Of a stretch of 64,000 nt of DNA, positions 1-12,159 are shown in pieces. The DNA is taken from assembly GCF_963921235.1 (NCBI RefSeq), contig NC_086097.1:124870001-124934000 (forward strand), in the 5' to 3' direction. How positions within the stretch are numbered: position 1 is the stretch's first letter; each line of letters opens with the position of its first letter. Origin of the DNA: Mobula hypostoma (lineage: Eukaryota). The notes beneath the pieces were generated by a model. The model saw only the letters and a program-made list of their open reading frames with translations. It searched no databases and was not told the DNA's origin. Both the position numbers and the translations under genes were made by a program.

Positions 1-2536
1 TAACTTCCGGGCATTCGATTGACCTTTGGGCTTTGATCTTCATATTAACTAGCCAAACTCCAAGTCTTGAACTCCGAACTTGCTGACATGTGTACCCCGG
101 GGGTCCTTGGCCTTCATGACTCCTGCTTGCACGGATGTCCATCTGTTGCTTGGACCTGCTAACCTGAAGGGACTCGCTGACCTGGGAGACCCAGGTCTCA
201 ATGGTCGCTCTCAATGGACCCCACCCTCAGCACTTGTCAGCCCAAAACCCACAGATGTCCTTAGTCCACCCGTTAATGTGGCTGGTCTTTGAGCTGTCCT
301 CTTTTAGTTACAATTTGTTGTGATTATACCAAGGTACCTAGTAATGAGGGATATTAACAGAGATTAGTGGTTACTGGCACCATTGTGTTTTGAAGTTTAT
401 TCTTCTTACCGGAATGAGAACTTTACTTTGAACTAACAAATTTATGATTTATTTAAAATTCATGAATAAACATATCTAGAGTAACACAGTAGAACGTACA
501 ATCCCTAAAACACCTGCATCCTTTCACTTTTTCTCAAGATATAACCATTTTAAGATTTTAAATAGCCAAATAAAGATGTTCTGAATCCTGATGAAGGGTC
601 TGAACCACGATGGAATGGCAGGGCAGACTCAATTGGCCAGTGGCCTAATTCTGCTCCTATGTCTTATGGTCTTGGCCTGAAATGTCAACTGTCTATCCTT
701 CTCGAAAGATGCTGCCTGGCCTGCCAACTTCCTCCAGCAGGTCAGGATCTGCGTTGTGCTGCTAAAGATTTTACTTCTCATATTTGCACTTTGGCCCAAA
801 TCAGTTTCAGGTTGGGTGGAAACTTTCATAAGTGGGTTTCAGCCACAAGCCCCAGCGCTTAAACATTCATTGTGGAAGGGCCGGGAACAGACGCTACCTG
901 ATCTGAAGAGTATTTCCACTCCAGAGACAGACATCACTTTCACACTGTTAAAATGCAACCAATTTCATCACTATTACCATTTATAGCGGAGATGAGGACT
1001 AATTTCTTTTGCCAGAAGGTGGTGAATCTGTGGAATTCATTGCTGCAGAAGGCTGTGGAGACAAGTAATTGGTATTTTTAAAGCGGAGGTTGATAGGTTC
1101 TTGATTAGTAAGGGCGCCAAAGGCTACAGGGAGAAGGCAGGAGGATAGGATACTGAGGGGTAATAAATCAGCCGCAATGGAATGGCGGAGAGATATGACG
1201 GGTCGAGTAGCCTGATCTTGCTCCTATGTCTTGTGGTCTAAAACCTTGATATTGGGTTTTGCTGCTGCGTTTGGATGGATCAAGGAAACTGTTCAGTGGA
1301 ATAACAGCAGGTCAGGAACTAAAGAAACAAATATAAAGAAGCACAAGTAAGCTATCCATCTCTTTGAGCCTGCAGTGCCATTCGTAGATCAGGTAGATAT
1401 ATTAGCTTTATTGGTTGCATATACTGTACATTAACACACAGTGAAATGCGCTGTTTTGCATCAAGTCAAATCAGCGAGTATTGTGCTGGGGGCAGCGTGC
1501 AAGTGTCAGCACCCTTCCACCATAGCATGTCCACAACTCACTAACTCCACTCACACGTCTTCAGATTGTGGGGGGAACCCAGAGCATCTGGGGGAAACCC
1601 ACACAGTCTCTGGGAGAACATACAGATTCCTAACAGACAGCGGTGGGAATCAAACCCTGATCTTACAGCCGGCGCGGTAAAGCATTGCTCTAACCATATA
1701 TACTACCCATTCAAAGTCAAATTAAGTTTATTAGCAAAGCGCATGGCACCATATCCCACCCTGAGATTCAACTTCTTGCAGGCATTTACAGGAAAAATAA
1801 AGAAATACGGTAGAATTTAAGAAAAACTATACATAAACAAAGACTGACGAACAACCAAGTATGTAATAAGAAAAATTGTTCAAATAAACGAGTCCATAGG
1901 TTGTGGAGTCAGTTCAGAGTTGAGGTGAGTGAAGTTATCCACGCTGGGTCAGAATCCTGATGGTTGTAGATTCAACAGGATCATGGGTTATCTTCTTCCT
2001 CAAACACTATTTTCCTGCTCTTTCCTCATATCCTTGATTCCAATTGATCTCTATTTTGATTGCAATTAATGACTGAATTTAATCAGCCCTCAGAGACAGA
2101 GAATTTGATAAGTTCACCACCTTTTGGGTGCAGATGCTTCTCCTCATTTTAGCCATCAATAACTTGGCCATCAGTTTGAAATTGAGACTTTTGATTCTAG
2201 ACTTCTCCTTTGTGGAAGGCATTAAAAGGGCTATTAAAACAAAAAACTTCATTGCTTCTTAAAAGTTTCTTCCCTAGTGGTTAATCATATCAACCATTCA
2301 GTTACCCACCCCACCTCCATCTCTTATCTATTACCCCGTCACTACACTGCTCTGTAAACACTTCAAACCAGTTTTTATAATGCTGTTTACATTGTAAATA
2401 CATGCTGATATTTATGGACATTTTATTCCATATCCGTACTTCAGCCCCTAACTTTCAGTCTCTACCTACAATGCTGTTTTGATTGAAATGTTACAGTACA
2501 CTGTATTTGTATTTTACCTTTTGTTTAGGTTTTATG

Positions 2537-3096
2537 GGTATATGGGGTGTCAGGGAGGGGTAGCACCTCTGGTGGGGGAACATGTCACGTCCTTTTCAGG
2601 GCGGTTAGTCCACCTTTGGTCCCCACCTGGCACTCAGCTCTCATCTGTGGCTCCCCGTAGCTGTTTGCATGCGACAGCGGCCACACCCCAGGCAACGGCT
2701 TCGACAAGCCGGCTAAACCAGGTGAGGGTAGCCGACGGGTCTCAAACCCTCGGTGAGATAGGGAGTTGTCTATCCCAGCATGTGAAGACAGACTCCGGCG
2801 GATTGAGTGGACGAGACCAACGGAAGGTCCAATGGTCAAGAAGGCGGTCTCTGCAAGTGTCGTGGAACGTGTAGAGCAGGACAAGACACAGGGGATGTCC
2901 TGGTCATCCACTGCGCCTAGTCCCATCTCCAGCCGTCTCGACTCTGTCTTGCCACTGGATCCAGATGGGAATTGGGAAGAGAGAGTGAGGCTGACGCTGC
3001 GCAACTCTCCCTCACTTAAATCCAAATCACGCGCTAGTCTCGACACCATCATTATGGTGTTGAGGTCCTCATCGACGTCAACGATGGACGAACAAC
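2537..3096 (+). mobile_element. Short non-coding RTE-like retroposon
   Basis: GC/CpG-rich 560-bp insert with 10-bp TSD AGGTTTTATG (2527-2536 and 3097-3106) and a short (AAC)n tail; interrupts a Tigger-like element. The RTE affiliation is from recalled similarity. Confidence 0.75.
2544..2726 (+). ncRNA. Predicted HDV-like self-cleaving ribozyme
   Basis: P1 2544-2550/2683-2689; P2 2640-2648/2717-2726; P3 2649-2651/2680-2682; L3 starts UCCCCG; J1/4 AGGCAA; P4 2696-2701/2706-2711; J4/2 GCUAA with putative catalytic C2713. Confidence 0.7.
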
Positions 3097-4837
3097 AGGT
3101 TTTATGTAAGGTATAAAAACAATCAACATTGTAGACTTGTTCTGGTGTTAGATTTTCATCAGCAATGATCTTGCAAACTCATTAATGAATTTCTCTGCTA
3201 CTTGGTGAACAGAAGACACTTTAAAAATTTTATGTCATGCCGTATTTTAGTTTCTGCAACTAGTCTGCTGAATATTCACAGTTACCTTCAATTTTCAAAT
3301 TTTCAGTTCGCCTTCAGAGATCTTTGTTTTACGATCCGCATACCTTTATGTGGCGTATGTTCACTCCAAAACTGACGAATCCTCTCTTTCAATACCTATT
3401 TGAGATCTCCATTTTTCACTTTATGCAGTGTTTTTCATTAACTTCTGGTCGTTACATATGTGAGGTCACTTCTTAGAACAATTTCTGTTGTGTATCTCCT
3501 GGGAACTTTCCCAGCGCCTTGTGGAATTTCCATGTGTGATGTCATGCCAATGCTCAAAGAATTCTCGAATTTCAGACATTTTCAGACGTTGGATTTTCAG
3601 ATAAGGGGTACTCAACCTGTATGGCTGCTGTCATGCCTTCTTTGTAATTGCATCAATATGTTGGACCTTGGACAGATCTTCAGAGATGTTGACACCCAGG
3701 AACTTGAAACTGCTCATCCTATCCACCTCTGATCCCTCAATGAGGACAGGTGTGTGTTCCTTAACTTCCCCTTCCTACAATCAATTCTTTGGTCTTATTT
3801 AGATTAAGTGAAAGGTTATTGTTGTGACACCACTTAAGCAGGTTTATCTCGTTCCAGTACACCTGCACATCTCTTTCTTATTCCTGTACTTAAATACTCT
3901 TCCAAAAGAGACAAACTTACTATTTGCTATCTAGATACCTGGGATCCTTGCTGGGGCCAGACTAGGAGGCCTGGAAATGGATCTGGGTGCTATGTGGATA
4001 CTATTTGCATTCTTTATCATCTGCTTCACCTGCACATTAGTTTTTTGTGATTTGAGCACAAGGAAAGCCAGGCCTCTCTAAATATCATTTCCTAATTTCT
4101 CACCGTTGAAAGCTTACCCAGGCATTTATGTTTGTGCTATCAAGGATCATATTTTTCCACATTATACTCCATCTCCTATGCCGTTGATCACCTGCTCAGC
4201 TTCTCTAAATCCGCTTGAAGCCACTTTCCATCCTTGTCACTACTCATATTCCCATTTGATACAGTGTCATCAAACTTGTGTGTACTATTTTTGTTCCCCT
4301 CAGCCAAATTATTGAAACATGTTGTGAATAGCTGGCTCCAAACACCATGAGACCATAAGATAGAGGAGCAGAATTAGGCCACTCAGCCCATCAAGTTTGC
4401 TCCACCATTCAATCATGGCTGATTACACAATAGATTTTCCTGGATTCTATTGTATTTCTTTGTTCTATTGTGGACACCTGCCAGAAAAAGAATCTCAGGC
4501 AGTACATGGTGACACATACAAATTTGAGAAAAATTTACTTCGAACTTTGAACTCTGAACTGCATTCTCCTGCCTTTTCCCCATAACCTTTGACATCCTAC
4601 CTAATCAAAAACTATCAACCTCTGCTTTAATCCCTGTAGTACCTCACCAAGCAACTTGAGAAGTTACATATTTCTGTTTTATTAACAACTCCTAAATCCA
4701 CGTAAGTATATGACCCAAGTTCCGTGTGATTTAACATCGTTTACCAACTCCTTCATGGATCATTATTGAAAGCTTTCTGAAAGTCCAAATACAGTACCTC
4801 ATATTCACTGGGTCCATCTTATCCACTCTACTAGATA

Positions 4838-5275
4838 CGAGGGGTGATTGATAAGTTCGTGGCTAAGGTAGAAGGAGATGAGTTATACAGCTCTCGTTAC
4901 ATGCACACGCAGTTCAACTCTTTGAGTGATTATGCAGAAAGTTTGAAATTAATAACTCATCTCCTTCTACCTTAGGCCACGAACTTATCACCCCGATGAG
5001 TTATTAACTTCAAACTTTCTGCATAATCACTCAAAGAGTTGAACTGTATATGCATGTAATGAGAGCTGTATAACTCATCTCCTTCTACCTTAGGCCATGA
5101 ACTTATCAATTACCCCTGCTGTGGACACTTTCTGGAGGTCCAAGATCCATATACTCCACGACCGCTGGACTAAGTGTGTAAATGTAGGAGGGGACTATGT
5201 TGAAACATATATGTGCTAGGTTTTCTAAAATTGACTCCTTCTATCTTAGGCCACGAACTTATCAATCACCCCTCG
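4838..5275 (+). mobile_element. Mariner-derived MITE with internal palindrome
   Basis: TA TSD; TIR CGAGGGGTGATTGATAAGTTCGTGGC; transposase C-terminal remnant LHDRWTKCVNVGGDYVE starting at 5154. Confidence 0.9.
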
Positions 5276-6816
5276 TACATCCTCAAAGAAGTTCAATTGA
5301 TTAGTCAAATATATTCTATTCCTAAATTCATATTTTCTCTGCTCAGTCAGATCATTCTTTACTAAGTATTTTGATAACAAATCTTTCATTACCAATTCCA
5401 AAATTTTCCTAACTTCTGATGTTGGGCTAAGAGGCTGGTAATTCCCTGTTTACCTTCTCTCTCCTTTCTCAAATACTGTGGTCAGATTTGCTACTGTTAA
5501 ATCAACAGGGACCACTGTTAAGCGAAACGTTGACTATTTCCATAGCCACCACTTTCAAACTCTAGGACAGGCACCATCACCTCTTTGGGATTTGTCAGTT
5601 ATTAGGCTTGTTAATTTCTCTGTAAGTATTTCCTTACTAATATTTATTCTGTTTACTTTCTCATCTGCAGTTCAACCATGAAACCTCCATAAAGGCAAAC
5701 ACAAAGTCTCTTTCTCAGGTTTCTGAACATCATTATTTTACAGGACCACATGTGGGAGAGCCACATCTCCTTCGCTAACAAAAAGGCTCAGCAGAGGGTG
5801 TACTTTCTGCAGCAGATGGTAAAATTCCATCTTCCCCAGAACGTACTGGTGCAATTCCACACTGTCTTCCTAGGGAGAATCCTCACATCAGCCATCACTG
5901 TCTGGTTCAGCACAGCATCCTCTCACGATGTACAAAAACGACAGCAAAATGTCAGATTAGCAGAAAACGTCATTAGCTGTAGTCTACCATCCTGCAGGAC
6001 TTTTATGCATTCAGGACAAAGAGTTGGCTAGGAAAAATCCTTGTGGACAGTACACAGACAATAAACTGCCTTTTCATAAAGCTTCCTTCTGGAAAGTGCC
6101 ATAAGGTTAATGAAACAAAAACTTCACACCATCTTAAAAGTTCTTAAACCAGGCAGTTAATCTGATCAAGCATTCTAGTTAGTCCCTGCACCCCCTCTCT
6201 ATCCATTAGCTTGCTATCTATTACACTGCACTGTAAACACAATAAACCACTTTTGATAAAGTTGTTTACACTGTAAATACATGCTGGTATTTATGTATTT
6301 ACGCACATTTTATTGCATACCTGTACTTTAACCTCTAACTTTACTTTTATATCCTTTATTGTTGAATGTTGTTTTTTGTTGTTGCATATTGTGCCAACAC
6401 ACCACAGCAAGTTCCCCAGACATGTCAATGTATATGACAAATAAAGTTGAGGTCTTCAGCCTCAACCAGTAAATCAGATTCTCTTTCTGTCAATGTTGCC
6501 TAACCTGCTCAGAGTTTACATTTTCTGTTTTTACTTTGGATTTTCATTATTTGCAGTGTTTAATTTTCAGGAAGCATTTGTTTAATTCCTTTACCATTTC
6601 CTTATTTCCACATTACAGATTAATTTATCTCTTACCTGTAAGGAAACTTGTGATTCATAATGTAGTGCTTACACACCACCATGGTTATTATACCCACAGT
6701 TACATATTTTTGAAGAGGTTCTGAGGCTCCAAAATAATCATAGGTTTATTAAGCTGTATAATAAAACAAGATGTGGCTGTCACTTGAACTTCTTGCCAGT
6801 GATTTATAACTATACA

Positions 6817-7534
6817 CACTCAATGGCCTCTTTATTAAGTACACCTGTACACCTGCTCATTAATGCTAAAGTCTAATCAGCCAATCATATGGCAGCAACT
6901 CAATGCAGAAAAGCATGCAGACATGGTCAAGAGGTTCACACAAATACTGGAGAAATTCAGCAAGTGAGGCAGCATCTACGGAAAAGAGTAAATAGTCAAG
7001 GTTTCGGGCCGAGACCCGAGCTAATGTAAAGAGGTTCAGTGTTGTTCAGGCCACATATCAGAATGGGAAGAAATGTGGTCTAAGTGATTTTAAATATGGA
7101 ATGATCATTGGTACCAGACGGGGTAGTTAGAGTATCTTAGAAACCGCTGATCTTCTGGGATTTTCATTCACAACAACCTCTAGAGTTTACAGAGAATGGT
7201 GTGAAAAATCAAACAAAAACATCCAGTGAGCGGCAGTTTCCAGCATCTGCAGAATTCCTGTTGTTTGCAGTGAGCGGCAGTTCTGTGGGTGAAAACACCT
7301 TGTTAACGAGAGAGGTCGGAGGAGAATGGCCAGACTGGTTCAAGCTGACAGGAAGCTGACAGTAACTCAAATAACCACACGTTACAACAGCGGTGTGCAG
7401 AACAGCATCTCTGAAGCACAACATGTTGAACACTGAAGTGGATGGGCTACAGCAGCAGAAGACCATGAACATGCATACATTCAGTGGCCAGATTTTTAGG
7501 TACATAAGGTACCTAGTAAAGTGGGTGCTGAGTG
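6817..7534 (+). mobile_element. Tc1-like non-autonomous element (family A)
   Basis: TIR consensus CACTCAGTGGCCACTTTATTAGGTAC; degenerate transposase N-terminus; two Penelope-derived inserts. Confidence 0.85.
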
Positions 7535-7712
7535 TAAATAGCTTTACGTGTTCATTCAAAGTATATGTGAATAAGTGTGATCCAACACGTGCAAAACAAG
7601 TGTAAGAAATCTCACAAATTAGTGGAAGAACTCCTTAACTGAAATGGATTGCAATAAAATTGTTCTAACTCTGCTGTGTCAATTATCCTTTGAGAAAGGT
7701 TTCTTGTATTTT

Positions 7713-8205
7713 AGACCATAGGTCCAAGACATTGGAGCAGAATTAGGCCATTCAGCCCATCAAATCTGCTCCGCTAATTGATCATGGCTGATTCATTTCC
7801 CTCTCAATCCCATTCTCCTGCCAACTCCCCGTAACCTTTCACACCTTGACTTATCAAGAATCTATCAACCTCCATTTTAGATACATTCAATGACCAGGAA
7901 CAACGAACTCCAGAGATTCACCACTCTCTGGCTAAAGAAATTCCTCCTCATTTCTGTTCTAAATAAATATCCCTCTATTCTGAGGCTGCGCCCTCTGGTC
8001 CTAGACTCATTCACTATAGGAAACATCCTCTCCTCAACCACTCTATCCAGGTCTTTCAACATTTGGCAGATTTCAATGAGATCCCCTCGTCATTCTTCTA
8101 AATTCCAGCGAGTACAGGCCCAGAGCCATCAAACTCTCCTCATACGATAAGAATATCAATCCCGGAATAATTTTCATGAAGCTCCTTTGAACCCTCTCCA
8201 ATGTC
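7713..8205 (-). mobile_element. CR1 3' fragment
   Basis: FRTEMRRNFFSQRVVNLW on the minus strand; 3' tail. Confidence 0.85.
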
Positions 8206-9067
8206 AGAAGAGAGCTGAACTATGCACATTGATACCCACGTCCTTCTACAGATGCGTCTTAACATGCTGCACCTCTGCATTGTCCGGAAACTTCACTGTG
8301 GTGGGCAGGAAGGCTCTACAATGGGCAGTCAGAACTGCCCGACACATCACTGGAAGCAGCCTGCTCACCACCGAGGGCATATATGTGAAAGGTGCTGAAG
8401 AGGGGCCAGTAACATCATGAAGGATCCCACACACCTTGTTCATGGACTGCTTGTCCCACTCCCATCAGGGAGGCGACTATGTAGCATCCACGCCAAAACA
8501 ACCAGACTCAAAATCTGTCACTTTCCCCAAGCAGTAATGCTCTTTTACACTTCCAGCCACTAAGCCACCCCTCCACCACTACTTTATCACTTTCTGTCAG
8601 TCACTTTATGTACAGACACTCTTGAATTTAGTGACACTTTATGCACAATCTATGTACATAAGCTATCCTATGTATTTATATTTATTGTATTTTTTAATTA
8701 TTGTGCCCTTTATCTTGTGTATTTTTTGAGCTGCATTAGATCTGAAATAACAATTCTTTTGTTCTCCATTACCCTTCTGTACTAGAAATGTTATTAAGCA
8801 ACCTTGAATCTGAACAGCACCAGCGACCCCCAGTTGGGGTTCACTGCCTGCTGCTGCCTACAAAGAGTGTGTGCATTCTGCACGTGACCAGTGTGTGTTG
8901 CCTCCGGGTGCTCCAGTTTCCTCCCACATTCCAAAGTGGTACGATTAGTGTTAGTGAGTTGTGGGCATGCTACATTGGCACTAAAAGTGTGGCAACATTT
9001 GCGGACCTCAGCGCAAACCTCGCTAATTTGATTTGACATAAATGATGCATTTTACTGTATGTTTTGA

Positions 9068-9475
9068 CATACAGACATGGTCAAGAGGTTCAGTCGCTGT
9101 TCAGACCAAACCTCAAAATGGGGAAGGAATCTGATCTACGTGACTTTGACCATGGAATAATTGTTGATGCCAGATGGGGTGGTTTGAGTATTCTAGAAAC
9201 TGCTGATCTCCTGGGACTTTCACGCACAACAGTCTCTAGAGATTACAGAGAATGGTTTGGAAAACAAAAATCATCCAGTGAGCAGCTGTTTGTGGGCAAA
9301 AATGCCTTGTTAATGAGAGAGGTTAAAAGAGAATGGCCAGACCTGTTCAAGCTGACAGAATGGGACAGTAACTCAAGTAACCATGCATGAGAAGGGTAGT
9401 GTTAGGAGGAAAGTCAATGAATGCAGAATATGTCGAACTTGAAGTTGATGGGCTACACCAACAGAATACCACAAA
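9068..9475 (+). mobile_element. Tc1-like fragment (family A)
   Basis: ORF 9064-9390 contains MGKESDLRDFDHGIIVDARWGGLSILETADLLGLSRTTVSRDYREW (Tc1 paired-like HTH). Confidence 0.85.
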
Positions 9476-10371
9476 CCTGTGGTCTTCGCAGCTGTGGACA
9501 GACTTCCACTTTCACGTTGATGCATCTACAAACAAGGCATGACAGCAGCTATGTTTCATTAGGAGTTTGCCGAGATTTGATATGTCACAAAAGACATATC
9601 AAATTTCTACAAATGTACTGTGGACAGCATTCTAACTGTCTAGAATGGGGGAAAGGGGCTACTGCACAGGATCAAAATAGGGTGCAGAGTGTTGTAAACT
9701 TAGTCAGCTCCATCATGGGCACTGGCCTCTGTAGTATCCAGGACATATTTTAGGATCGATACTTCAAAAAGGTGGCAACCATCATTAAGGACCCCCATCA
9801 CCAGGTCATGCCTTGTTCTCATTGCTACCATCAGGAAGGAGGTACAGAAGCCTGAAGGCACACACTCAACAATTCAAGAACAGCTTCTTCCCCTCTGCCA
9901 TCCGATTTCTGAAAAGATATTGAATCTATGAACACTACCTCACTGCTTTTTAAAATATATATATTTAACGTAATTCACAGTTTTTAAATTATTACGTATT
10001 GCAATGTACTGCTGCTGCAAAAACAACAAATTTCATGACATATCTGGTAATATTAAACCTGATTCTGAACATACACTTGGTGGCACTGGAGCTATCTAAT
10101 AAAGTGGCCAGAGAGTGTGTAGTCGTACTGTAAATTAAAATCAGCTTTTTGGACCTTGTAAGCAATGGCTGTCTGAATGGTCTACAAATCTGCTTTCTGA
10201 GAGTGACCAGAACATCTTTATCGATTACCTTCATGAAAAACCTAAAAGAGATTAATGTGACAAGTGGATGTCCCATTAATCAACTTTGGTGCCAGACTGC
10301 CTGGATGCGGATTGCTAAACTCATTAACATTGGTTGAGTAATTCGAAATGTAAGTAAAAACATCTCAGGTG

Positions 10372-10694
10372 TCAGGAGGGGTCACAGTTTGAGGATAGAG
10401 GAGAAGCCTTTTAGGACCGAGATTAGGAAAAACTTCTTCACACAGATAGTGGTGAATCTGTGGAATTCTCTGCCACAGCAAACTGTTGAGGCCAGTTCAT
10501 TGGCTATATTTAAGAGGGAGTTAGATATGGCCCTTGTGGCTAAAGGGGTCAGGGGGTATGGAGGGAAGGCTGGGGCGGGGTTCTGAGTTGGATGATCAGC
10601 CATGATCATAATAAATGGCGGTGCAGGCTCGAAGGGCCGAATGGCCTACTCCTGCACCTATTTTCTATGTTTCTATGTTTCTATGTTTCTATGA
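10372..10694 (+). mobile_element. CR1 3' fragment with (CTATGTTT)n tail
   Basis: FRTEIRKNFFTQIVVNLWNSLP; octamer tail repeats. Confidence 0.88.
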
Positions 10695-12159
10695 TAACTT
10701 TCAAGGCAATAGGGAGCTAGGTCTGCAAAAGTCACAAGCTATAATATGGACAAAACAGGAACACTGTTCAATGTGGAATTCTAAAGATTTCTAAGTTAAT
10801 GATTATAAAAGATTTCAGAGATAACTTAGTAAAGTTAAACTAAGAGATGTCTGAAGAAAAGGATTTTGTCATATTAACCTTGAAAGCCAAGGCAGAATTA
10901 TACGACTTGCAATCAGCATTATGTGCCCTATTAAACTAATTCTATACTATCACTATTTCCAGTCCTAACACTGAAAAAAATATCTGATGATCTTCCAGTA
11001 AGATGGCAGCCTTCATGATCACAGTGGCTTCTCTGTCCAAAAAAAAGTGCAAATGGTTGTCTTAAATATTTTTATTGTGATTGCAAGACCCTGATGGACT
11101 TTGACATTACAAAATACTGCAAGTCCAGTTCATTGGCAAGACGAATGGTGGGGGAGGTGTGCGGCCTCAGTTGTTGCGCAGACCAGTCCCTCATACCGCA
11201 ATGTTGCCCATTTCAGGCAGCCTGGGGTAGAGGTGCAGAGGCATTGCAGGAGAGAACAGAGGTTTGGTGGGCTTGCTGGGTAGGGGGCTGGCCCCTGCAA
11301 ACTGGCTCTCCAGCGTTTGCTCCCTGGAAAACAAGTTGGATTGCCTTAATCTGCCGCTGACCCACTGCAAGATGAGGAACTTCTGCAGAAACTTAGCTCT
11401 GGGGTAACATCCCATTCACCATCAACCTTCAGGCTATGCCACTCAGGGGCTTGTGCTAATATATGTGCAGTGCGTTGTGTTGGTCCTACAGGAACACTTC
11501 CATTTAGCTGCATACATGTGTATGGTTGAATGGCAATTAAAATTGAACTTCAACTTGAAAAGATGCTGAGCTTATCAAGGAAAGAGCCATAGGAACTGAA
11601 CTAGCTTCAGCCTCTGAGTTTGTATTGTCACTTGAGTATAACTCATCTGTACAAAATTCATCCATACAAAATCAAAATTTGACTACATTAAGTGCAATAA
11701 GTATTGACCAGGAGTTTCATCTTTACTGGGAATAATACCACAAAGCTGATAGGACAATTTTTTCTCCACCTACAATCTGTCTGCACTTACTCATTAAAAT
11801 ATCTTATCTGTAATATAAAATAAATAATAAAATATTAAGAATATACAACTTTTAAAAATGTCAAGCATTGTGAGTAGATGCCAGTAGATGGAAGATTTGA
11901 AAACATTGATGGTGATCCCTTTGCATTCAACAGGGTAAGCGTGACTGGTGAATGAAATTTCTGAGGTATGAGATGGGGAGCAGATTTTTGGATGAAGACA
12001 AGCTGGTGTTGAGTAGAATATGGGAGGCCATCTGGGAGAGCCAATAGAATGGCTGAGCTGACCAAAGTTTGAGAAGTGCAAATAGGCAGCCATACTCATG
12101 GAGTGATTGGTTGGAAAATGTATCCCTAAATCAAAATTTAACATAAATGTTGTGAAAAG

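Larger units (their letters stand above)
2452..3619 (-). mobile_element. Tigger4/Zombi-like non-autonomous DNA transposon (one end lost, interrupted by the RTE-like insert)
   Basis: End GGGGTACTCAACCTG|TA at 3619; reverse-complement similarity to 22302-22905 on both sides of the insert. Confidence 0.8.

Noticed and set aside
80..292. Collagen-like or other coding exon at the window start
   Set aside because: No sustained Gly-X-Y pattern or convincing splice sites; probably an unclassified repeat.
2690..2735. Twister ribozyme (CAAGCCGG-TAAA-GAGGG resemblance)
   Set aside because: The twister pseudoknots and cleavage-site loop could not be assigned, whereas all HDV-like elements fit.
2479..3116. 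Overlapping ORFs of 116-155 aa
   Set aside because: No recognisable domains; expected in GC-rich repeat sequence; two of them cross the insertion boundaries.
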